NCBI GenBank assembly: GCA_020160975.1
Contig: JAIUPJ010000001.1
Coordinates: 150,001-182,000, forward strand
From: Candidatus Saccharimonadota bacterium
Lineage (GTDB): Bacteria > Patescibacteriota > Saccharimonadia > Saccharimonadales > Saccharimonadaceae
Reading direction: 5' to 3'
DNA length: 32,000 nucleotides
Part shown: positions 10,048 through 16,734 of the stretch, one piece after another
Layout: the number at the start of each line of letters is the position of its first letter
How positions within the stretch are numbered: position 1 is the first letter of the stretch
Notes under the pieces: model-generated
Seen by the model: the letters and a program-made list of their open reading frames with translations, nothing else
What the model was told of the DNA's origin: nothing
Database searches by the model: none
Program-made: the position numbers and the translations under genes

Positions 10048-11637
10048 ATGTCACAATACGATCCGGCTCCGTCAAACAATCATGAACGAAACAGCCATGT
10101 ATCGCACGGGTACGTTCAAATTGATCTCGGCCCGAAGCACCTTCTCAATGAGTGCGCTTCTACGACCGACCATTCTGAACACGCCTTTTTACATCTGGTG
10201 GAAGCTGATGCGCTTCCAATTTCAGTTGATGAGATTGAGTTTGGGTATCGTTCTGGCGACAACAAAGTTCACCCAAAAATACCGAGCTTTTATGGCACGA
10301 TCGGACTTAACCCCCACTACACCATAGCCAGCAAACTTGATAACTGGCAGCGTGACCTCATCGACACGATCGAAGATGCACTTATCAGTGAGGGCTGCCA
10401 AACGCATCATACGCGACATGAAGATACTGCCGTCTACGTCGAAGTTGGAAATTATCACGCAGCCCGTATTGTCACAGGTGCGAGCACCGACGAGTGTTCA
10501 GTGATTCTTGACATCATGTCGATTGATCACCTCGGTCATGTTATCGAAAGCATGGCATATGATGAGCCAGAGCTATACAGGCCAGACAGAGTAGCAGTGC
10601 TTGAATCAACAGCCCAAATCTTTGCGCTATGCCTGTCAGAGACCATCGAATACTTTAAAGAAGAGCATGATGAAACATATCTCAATCTTCAACTCAAGCC
10701 AACACGAGTCCGTCAACGTCGTGTTGGGCGCGGGGTCGTCAAGGCATCAGAAACACCTGAAGCCCCCACGGCTGTCATTATGCCTGGCTACGACGACATT
10801 GATCCTAACCAATTAACATTCGACAGTCTAGGTGGTCTTCACGAACCAAAAAGCCGACTAAAGGCTGTCGCAAACTGCATAAAAGACCCTGAAGGCACGG
10901 CACGATATGGTATTGCCCCGACACACTTTGTCCTACACGGGCCCCCGGGCACAGGAAAGACGAGTCTCGTCAAAGCGCTCGCGGGAGAAGCCGGAGCCAA
11001 GCTCGAAGTCATCCGATCAACCGATATTATCGACATGTGGGTGGGGCAGTCCGGCAAGCATCTCCGCGAAGTTTTTGAAAAAGCAATCAATTATGCCGAT
11101 GGTTCTATCATCCTCTTTTTTGATGAATTCGACTCAATTGCCAGTGATGCACATGGAACCAATGAGCACTCCCAGGTGAAGCGTGTTTTTCAAGAGTATG
11201 TGACGAAGATTGAGAAAGACCACTCTCATATCACCATAGCAGCAGCGACGAATTCAGACATGAGCAGACTTGATCGGGCGTTAATTCGATCCGGAATGCT
11301 TGAGCCTATTCCAGTACCATGCCCGACCGAATATGAGCTGGTAGAAGTCTGGGGCACCATCATCACCGAGTCGAGTCGGTCGCTACCTACAACATGGGAT
11401 GCGCCGAGCGACAATCCTTCTGTAGCGGTGCCATTCAGTATCTATGCCGCTGATGTTAATCCTATCAAACTTGCTACCATTTCAAGCGGCCTCACCGGTG
11501 CGGATATTGAATTTGCCCTTGCCGCGGCACGGCGACAAGCCTACGGCATCTTCCGTGAGACTGGCGTCGATACATCCGTCGACTATGCCTTGCTTGAGCC
11601 AATCGTACTTCGGCTCCAAAGAGAGAAGACTGCGTAG
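10048..11637 (+). CDS. AAA+ ATPase (classic AAA clade) with about 280-aa uncharacterised N-terminal region
   Basis: 529-aa ORF. Walker A GPPGTGKT, Walker B IILFFDEFD, sensor-1 AAATN. SRH-like LDRALIRSGMLE replaces the canonical RPGRFD. I do not recognise the N-terminal half. Confidence 0.85.
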   Translation: MSQYDPAPSNNHERNSHVSHGYVQIDLGPKHLLNECASTTDHSEHAFLHLVEADALPISVDEIEFGYRSGDNKVHPKIPSFYGTIGLNPHYTIASKLDNWQRDLIDTIEDALISEGCQTHHTRHEDTAVYVEVGNYHAARIVTGASTDECSVILDIMSIDHLGHVIESMAYDEPELYRPDRVAVLESTAQIFALCLSETIEYFKEEHDETYLNLQLKPTRVRQRRVGRGVVKASETPEAPTAVIMPGYDDIDPNQLTFDSLGGLHEPKSRLKAVANCIKDPEGTARYGIAPTHFVLHGPPGTGKTSLVKALAGEAGAKLEVIRSTDIIDMWVGQSGKHLREVFEKAINYADGSIILFFDEFDSIASDAHGTNEHSQVKRVFQEYVTKIEKDHSHITIAAATNSDMSRLDRALIRSGMLEPIPVPCPTEYELVEVWGTIITESSRSLPTTWDAPSDNPSVAVPFSIYAADVNPIKLATISSGLTGADIEFALAAARRQAYGIFRETGVDTSVDYALLEPIVLRLQREKTA

Positions 11638-11638
11638 G

Positions 11639-13291
11639 CTATTTAGGCCCTATCTGTACTATCTCGCCGCCAATTTTGTCGCGGAAATAGTTGTCGTGGC
11701 TGACGTAAAGGATCGCACCCGAATACTTTTCGAGCGCGGTCTCAAGCTCTTCGATACTCGGCAGATCAAGGTGGTTGGTCGGCTCGTCAAGGATGAGTAG
11801 CTGCGGATCATTTGCCAACATGCTAATCAGCTGGAAACGTGCCTTCTGGCCACCGCTGAGACGGCTGAGTGGCACTTTGCCGTCACTCTCGGTAAAGAGA
11901 TAGTCGGCGAGCAGACTACGCACCTTCGTCGTCGATATTGACAGACCCTTGTCGAGATACATCCGTTCGATCGCTTCAAAGAGCGACAACTCAAAATACT
12001 CTCCGCTCACTTCCTGCTCATAGATACCGATGCGGACATGCGAATCAAGCTTGAGAGTACCCGCAAACACCTTGGGATCACCCACGCCAATCCTGTCGCC
12101 GAGCAGTGCCTTGATGAGCGTCGTCTTGCCCGCACCATTGCGCCCACGCAGCTCCATCGCTTCGCCCTCACGCAGGTCGATATTAACGCCTTCAAATAGC
12201 GGTGCGTCTCCGTAGCCAAGAGCTACATCTTTGGCCTCGACCAATACGTGGTTGCTGCGCGATTGGTCGCTCTTTAACTTCATGCGAATATTGCGCGCTT
12301 TGAACTTTTCATACTGGCCAGCGACTTTGTAGTTGAGGTTCTCGACCGAATCTTTGTCAATCCAAAATGTCGGCTTTTCTTTCGCCTCGAGCTCAGCCAA
12401 TTCTTTGCGACTGATGGTTTCGAGTCGTTTGAATTTCTGAATTGTAGCCGGATTTCGCGCCTTTTCCTTGAGCCGCTGGTAGTCAAGCACCTTTACTTTA
12501 AGGTTAGCGATTCGTTTCTCGATCATCTCAAATTCATTCATGGCAGTGCCAGTATGGACAGCGTTTTGTTTGAGATAGGCATCGTAGTTACCCTTGTAGC
12601 TAGCACAACCACCGTCTTTAAGCTCGATAATTCGGTCGACATGTTTGAGTACATCACGGTCGTGGGTGATGATCAACATCGCCTCGCGCGCGCCCGAAAG
12701 CCAATCAATAAATTGTTTCTTCGCAACATAATCCATATGGTTGGTTGGTTCATCGAGCAGCGCCAGATGCGCATCGCTATGCATGACCTTCACCACTTCA
12801 ACTAGGCGCTTTTGCCCGCCGCTAAGTGAGGAAAGGGGACGGTGCGCCACACCGCTCAGCTGAAAGTTCTCCAGCTCTTGCTCGATATCGCTCTCTATCT
12901 GGTAATAACCTTTTTGCTCGAACCGCTCCAGTGCCTCGCTATATTCGTTGATGAGGCGCATATTGTCACCCATCGTTTCGGGGTAGGTCTCGATAATACG
13001 GCTCAGCTCGGCGTATTCTGGCAGCCCAGCTAGGACATACTGTAGCACCGTCTGGTCGTTGCTCACATGGTGCTCTTGAGCCGTAGCTACCACTGTTGTG
13101 CCACGCTTGAAAATTACTTCACCGGTATAGTCGGTGTCAGTCCCTGCTACGATGCCAAAGAGTGTCGATTTGCCGACACCGTTTCGCCCCACTACGCCGA
13201 CCTTTTCGCCATCGTCCACGCTGAACTTCACCCCGGTCATCAGGATTTTGGGGCCAAACGATTTTTCAGTGATAGAAATATCAGCAATCAT
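11639..13291 (-). CDS. ABC-F family ATPase (two ABC cassettes, no TM domain)
   Basis: 550-aa ORF. Walker A GRNGVGKS and GRNGAGKT, signatures LSGGQKRL and LSGGQKAR, Walker B LALLDEPTNHMD and LLILDEPTNHLD. Charged inter-domain linker. Confidence 0.9.
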   Translation of the reverse strand: MIADISITEKSFGPKILMTGVKFSVDDGEKVGVVGRNGVGKSTLFGIVAGTDTDYTGEVIFKRGTTVVATAQEHHVSNDQTVLQYVLAGLPEYAELSRIIETYPETMGDNMRLINEYSEALERFEQKGYYQIESDIEQELENFQLSGVAHRPLSSLSGGQKRLVEVVKVMHSDAHLALLDEPTNHMDYVAKKQFIDWLSGAREAMLIITHDRDVLKHVDRIIELKDGGCASYKGNYDAYLKQNAVHTGTAMNEFEMIEKRIANLKVKVLDYQRLKEKARNPATIQKFKRLETISRKELAELEAKEKPTFWIDKDSVENLNYKVAGQYEKFKARNIRMKLKSDQSRSNHVLVEAKDVALGYGDAPLFEGVNIDLREGEAMELRGRNGAGKTTLIKALLGDRIGVGDPKVFAGTLKLDSHVRIGIYEQEVSGEYFELSLFEAIERMYLDKGLSISTTKVRSLLADYLFTESDGKVPLSRLSGGQKARFQLISMLANDPQLLILDEPTNHLDLPSIEELETALEKYSGAILYVSHDNYFRDKIGGEIVQIGPK

Positions 13292-13299
13292 CGCTATTT

Positions 13300-13308
13300 A
13301 GTGTAGCA
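13300..13308 (-). promoter_or_regulatory. extended -10 box (TGcTACACT) 8 nt upstream of the ABC-F ATG
   Basis: Minus strand reads TATGCTACACTA-aatagcg-ATG(13291). Same 12-mer as upstream of the pilin-like gene. Confidence 0.45.
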
Positions 13309-13323
13309 TACCTCTGTTTTTAG

Positions 13324-13352
13324 TTGACATTTATATTGTTATTTGTTATAAT
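13324..13352 (+). promoter_or_regulatory. perfect-consensus sigma70 promoter
   Basis: TTGACA (13324..13329), 17-bp AT-rich spacer, TATAAT (13347..13352). Confidence 0.65.
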
Positions 13353-13355
13353 AGA

Positions 13356-13688
13356 ATGACACATGGGCATCCGGCTCATCGAAGCAGAAAGATTTTCACC
13401 ATGACCGCACAGACCGACATCAGACAGCTCGTGGAGTGCGCCGCGCGCCTCGAGACGATTATCAACACGAAGCACTGGTCTGGCGGGATCTTCGTACCGC
13501 TCACCGAGATGCCCTACAAGCTCAGGGACATCGATGCGGTCGCGATCGCCTTGCAGCTCTCAGGTGCACGGCAGACCTGCGACATCACCTACAACGGGGT
13601 CGTCGGAGTGTTCGTGATCATCAACAAGCACTTCGCGACCCGCCTCAACTCGCGCGGCGTGACGGCGAGCATCGATCGCCTTCTCTGA
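13356..13688 (+). CDS. GC-rich orphan protein (95-110 aa), unknown function
   Basis: Track ORF of 110 aa. ATG 13356 lies only 3 nt after the -10 box, so the real start may be ATG 13401 (MTAQTDIRQLVECAARLETI...). About 60% G+C by hand count (181/300 over 13381..13680). No family recognised. Confidence 0.5.
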   Translation: MTHGHPAHRSRKIFTMTAQTDIRQLVECAARLETIINTKHWSGGIFVPLTEMPYKLRDIDAVAIALQLSGARQTCDITYNGVVGVFVIINKHFATRLNSRGVTASIDRLL

Positions 13689-13725
13689 CCAACACCCAGG
13701 AACCAAGCAGACAGGAGGTGAGAAC

Positions 13726-13800
13726 ATGATCGTTCGACTGCGCCGTGTGCTGCAATGCCCGAAGTGTTGCAGCATCTACTGCAATGGTGGGTGCGACTGA
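13726..13800 (+). CDS. candidate 24-aa cysteine-rich micropeptide (MIVRLRRVLQCPKCCSIYCNGGCD)
   Basis: AGGAGG (13713..13718), 7-nt spacer, ATG 13726, TGA 13798..13800, then a strong hairpin from 13810. 5 Cys in 24 residues (CPKCC..C...C). Below the ORF-track size cutoff. Hand-translated codon by codon. Confidence 0.5.
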   Translation: MIVRLRRVLQCPKCCSIYCNGGCD

Positions 13801-13809
13801 ACCGTCCCA

Positions 13810-13867
13810 GTGGGGCCGCTCCGGATTTACATCCGAGCGGCCCCACCAGGGGCGGTATTTTTATTTT
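13810..13867 (+). terminator. strong stem-loop / probable intrinsic terminator closing the cassette
   Basis: GTGGGGCCGCTCCGGAT (13810..13826), loop TTAC, ATCCGAGCGGCCCCAC (13831..13846): 16 bp with one bulged C. A T-rich run TTTTTATTTT (13858..13867) starts 11 nt after the stem, so the geometry is not textbook. Confidence 0.6.
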
Positions 13868-13946
13868 CTTGCAATTGGGAAGTGCCCGACAGCAAGATTA
13901 TGGTTGTGCTTGTGTTTGTTATTTTTTACCGCCACAATTGATAGAT

Positions 13947-14516
13947 ATGGCAGAGTCTATTTATCCATCAATTGTCGAGAGGTTTCGTGGAGGTGCTGCG
14001 CTTGAACTGCGGCCGCAACTTAATGAGTTTGAACCCACGAGTGTACGGTTAACGCGGCTCCGCGAGCTTGGTATCAAGGCTGGTTTTTTGGTTCATCTGC
14101 GCTGGGGTAATGTATTGCCTCATCCGAAGATATCACAGACGCTGCTCGAGACGGCGAGCGATACGAATGCAGCTATCAATTGGCTCTCAGCCAAAATCAC
14201 GATCGATGAAACCGATGGCTGCTGGGCGTTGCCACTGCCGGTTGAGCACGATGATAAGGATCGTGCGCGGTACCCGAGCTTAACGCGCAAGGAATTCGGA
14301 GCAAAAGGGGAGCTTGCACATCGCTTTGTCGTCCGGCGCCTCCTCGGCTCGCTTGCCACCGAGGAGCACCTCGACCATATCTGCCGCGCCCATGCCTGCT
14401 GCAATCCGATGCACCTTGAGGTGGTGACTCATACGACAAATGTCCGACGCGGCCGATACGCGCGCAGTATGACAGAGGGGCAAATTGCGCTGCTTAATTG
14501 GCAAGGCCACTCATAG
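13947..14516 (+). CDS. HNH endonuclease, paralog 1
   Basis: 189 aa from the internal ATG of track ORF 13755..14516. This start is chosen because it aligns with the paralog 2 start (MAESIYPSIVERFR vs MAYEIPASTVERFR) and because the longer version would run through the hairpin. HNH core GELAHRFVVRRLLGSLATEEHLDHICRAHACCNPMHLEVVTHTTNVRRG. Confidence 0.8.
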   Translation: MAESIYPSIVERFRGGAALELRPQLNEFEPTSVRLTRLRELGIKAGFLVHLRWGNVLPHPKISQTLLETASDTNAAINWLSAKITIDETDGCWALPLPVEHDDKDRARYPSLTRKEFGAKGELAHRFVVRRLLGSLATEEHLDHICRAHACCNPMHLEVVTHTTNVRRGRYARSMTEGQIALLNWQGHS

Positions 14517-14717
14517 CCGCGAGCTCATTGTCAATAACCGTGGCAGTAAATCCAGCCGCACCCCGTCGCCTGGTCCAACAATGTGTCTTTCGTGAAGACT
14601 AAGGAACTTTTCTCGATCATGGTCGTTGAAGAACAGCTGTCGCCCAGCGGCGCCCCTGTTGTATAAGTGATAGTAAGCAGGAGCATCATAATGTTTAATT
14701 ACATTTTTAGCAGGCAT
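14511..14717 (-). pseudogene. truncated RAYT / IS200-like (Y1) transposase remnant
   Basis: The first roughly 45 of the 68 aa (MPAKNVIKHYDAPAYYHLYNRGAAGRQLFFNDHDREKFLSLHERHI) match the N-terminal pattern of REP-associated tyrosine transposases (..YHV.NRG..R..IF.D..D...FL..L). The HUH motif and catalytic Tyr region are missing. The tail runs antisense into the 3' end of HNH paralog 1. Confidence 0.55.
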
Positions 14718-14723
14718 GTCAAG

Positions 14724-14732
14724 AATATATCA
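14724..14732 (-). promoter_or_regulatory. extended -10 box (TGaTATATT) 6 nt upstream of the transposase-remnant ATG
   Basis: Minus strand reads TGATATATT-cttgac-ATG(14717). Same leaderless geometry as the housekeeping genes. Confidence 0.4.
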
Positions 14733-14878
14733 CCGTACTATAAAAAATACTAGTTTATCTCTTAAAAGGTTCAACCTTTTCGATCTTTTCGATTAATCAT
14801 TGCTGTCGGGGACGACCCGATGGCAAGGTAGTGGTTATGATTGCATAGAGAAGGAGCAGGGTACATAGTAGATACTCT

Positions 14879-15442
14879 ATGGCATATGAGATTCCAGCAT
14901 CGACCGTTGAGCGGTTTCGGCGACGAGCTGCAAAGGAACTCCGTCCGACGTTGGATGAATTTGAGCCGACCGCAGTTCGCCTGCAGCGACTACGCTCGAT
15001 AGGCCTTCGTGCTGATTTTCTCGTACAACTAGACTGGGGCAATGACGTGCCGCATCCTGATCTATCTCTGGCGCTACTCCAGGAGAGTGCCGACGCGAGC
15101 GAAGCCCTCGCGTGGCTCATGCCAAAGATTACTATCGACGAGGCACAGGGCTGCTGGGCGCTGCCAATACCATACGAGCACGATGACAAAGGTCGCGCCC
15201 GCTATGCGAAGCTATCCAGCAAAGAATTTGACGCCAAAGGTGAGCTGGCCCACCGCTTCGTGGTGCGCCGACTCCTCGGTTCGCTCGCCACCGAGGAGCA
15301 CCTGGATCATATTTGCCGCGCGCACGCCTGTTGTAACCCCATGCATTTGGAAGTGGTCACACTAGCAACTAACACGAGGCGCGGGAATGCCGCCCGAAAC
15401 ATGTCGCGAGGACAGTCGCTACTTATTGCGTGGCAACACTAG
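14879..15442 (+). CDS. HNH endonuclease, paralog 2
   Basis: 187-aa ORF, colinear with paralog 1 over its full length. Identical 41-aa HNH core (GELAHRF...HLEVVT). CW..P and AHR/HLDH/NP.HL/N..R motifs. Confidence 0.85.
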   Translation: MAYEIPASTVERFRRRAAKELRPTLDEFEPTAVRLQRLRSIGLRADFLVQLDWGNDVPHPDLSLALLQESADASEALAWLMPKITIDEAQGCWALPIPYEHDDKGRARYAKLSSKEFDAKGELAHRFVVRRLLGSLATEEHLDHICRAHACCNPMHLEVVTLATNTRRGNAARNMSRGQSLLIAWQH

Positions 15443-16649
15443 CCAGCTGCTCATCAAACACCGAATCTACTGTCGCAAGCACACCGATACGCTGGCGCAT
15501 ATCATTCGTTAGCAAGTTAGCGCGGTCCAGCAGCGACAATGCTTCAACAGCAGCGTGAAAAAGCGATGCGACCGCGAGTTTCCTTCGCTTGAGATAGGCC
15601 GCTTCTTTATCATCCTCATCACTGATAGCAAGACTAAATAGCTCTCCTTGCATGCCCAAAGCTTTCACATGGTCTACGAGCGCCGGCAAGCTAATATCTG
15701 GCATGATATACGATGGATCGCGACGCTTTTTTAACTTTTCGGCCTTGATACGAATAAAGCACGTTTCGACCTCATAAGCTGCTACCTCTTCAACTGATTT
15801 GAAGTCGATCCTTCCCGTCAGAGAAATAAAACCATCCCGCTCTTCTTCGGACAGGTTTTTTTGGGCATCCGTATGATGCTTTACCCATGCTAAATACAAA
15901 TCTTTTGCAGCCACCAGGGTCGAGTAAGGATAGCGATCCAGTAGTTTCTGCATGGCAGGGGGGTAATCCGTAAAAGTGATCGCATCACTAATTTTGTCGG
16001 GACTGACACTAAACGCTTCGGCACATTGAGTGTGCGTAAATCGTCGCGGTCTGCCTTTTTCATCGGTCTGCCGCTCCATCAGTTTTTTCATAGCATCGTA
16101 GTATTTACGGATTGCAGCCGCTTCATCTTGCGGCGGGGGATTAACTCGTGCATTATTTTCAACAAACTGGAGTGGCAATGCCTCGGTATATTCGATATTT
16201 TCTTTGATCGCACACTGGAATAATGAGTCCGGCGAGAGGTTGTCGCGCTCAATGATAATGCCGCCCGCAAGGTAGCGTCGCTCACCAGCAATATGGAAAT
16301 ACCAGCGCGGGCCGCGAGGAGTCTCTGTGGGGGTAAAGTCAGCCAGTCTAAATGAGGTACCGTTAATCTGGTTATACTGTCGCAGGTACCGTTGTGCACT
16401 CATTTCGTCATGGCGGCCTTCGGTGAGAGGCTCTAACAGGTCATAGCGAGGATTGCCACCATGTTCTAGCTCAGTGTCAATTTGCTTGATACTACTCGCT
16501 AGTTCTTGTAACTTAATAGGGTCGAAGACAGTGCGAATCTGCGGCAGCACATGAATAGCACTCCTGGGTATCCATTCTGTCTGTTGACCAAATTCCCCAA
16601 TCTCCTGCTGCACCTCCACCTGCGCAGGAGTCTTCTCGCGTCTTGCCAT
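15423..16649 (-). CDS. divergent ParB/Srx-fold N-terminal domain protein with HTH region and unknown C-terminal domain (no parA nearby)
   Basis: 408-aa ORF. IPRSAIHVLPQIRTVFDPIKLQELASSIKQ (box I-like), HIAGERRYLAG (GERRxRA-like box II), FVENNARVNPPPQDEAAAI (EN..R..L.P.EEA-like), then an HTH-like FTHTQCAEAFSVSPDKISDAI. An insertion of about 60 aa separates box I from box II. Confidence 0.65.
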   Translation of the reverse strand: MARREKTPAQVEVQQEIGEFGQQTEWIPRSAIHVLPQIRTVFDPIKLQELASSIKQIDTELEHGGNPRYDLLEPLTEGRHDEMSAQRYLRQYNQINGTSFRLADFTPTETPRGPRWYFHIAGERRYLAGGIIIERDNLSPDSLFQCAIKENIEYTEALPLQFVENNARVNPPPQDEAAAIRKYYDAMKKLMERQTDEKGRPRRFTHTQCAEAFSVSPDKISDAITFTDYPPAMQKLLDRYPYSTLVAAKDLYLAWVKHHTDAQKNLSEEERDGFISLTGRIDFKSVEEVAAYEVETCFIRIKAEKLKKRRDPSYIMPDISLPALVDHVKALGMQGELFSLAISDEDDKEAAYLKRRKLAVASLFHAAVEALSLLDRANLLTNDMRQRIGVLATVDSVFDEQLASVATQ

Positions 16650-16719
16650 ATATTTCTATTGTGGCACAGCCACCGGCAATTCAAAATTGTATTATTCGCT
16701 ACAGACACTTATCTCCCTC

Positions 16720-16728
16720 TGTTATACT
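16720..16728 (+). promoter_or_regulatory. extended -10 box (TGtTATACT) 6 nt upstream of the smpB ATG
   Basis: TGTTATACT-agtgtt-ATG(16735). No SD. Confidence 0.5.
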
Positions 16729-16734
16729 AGTGTT

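Noticed and set aside
13436-14005. Track ORFs 13436..13729(+), 13560..13775(-), 13589..13846(-), 13745..14005(+) and the 13755..13946 extension of the HNH ORF
   Set aside because: These are alternate frames of a GC-rich segment. They run through the SD-led small ORF and the 16-bp hairpin. The HNH paralog alignment places the true start at 13947.
14764-14794. AT-rich palindrome AAAAGGTTcAACCTTTT followed by tandem CTTTTCGAT x2
   Set aside because: The stem is only A/T plus GG/CC and sits 250 nt from the nearest stop. It could be a weak terminator or a protein site, but I cannot support either.
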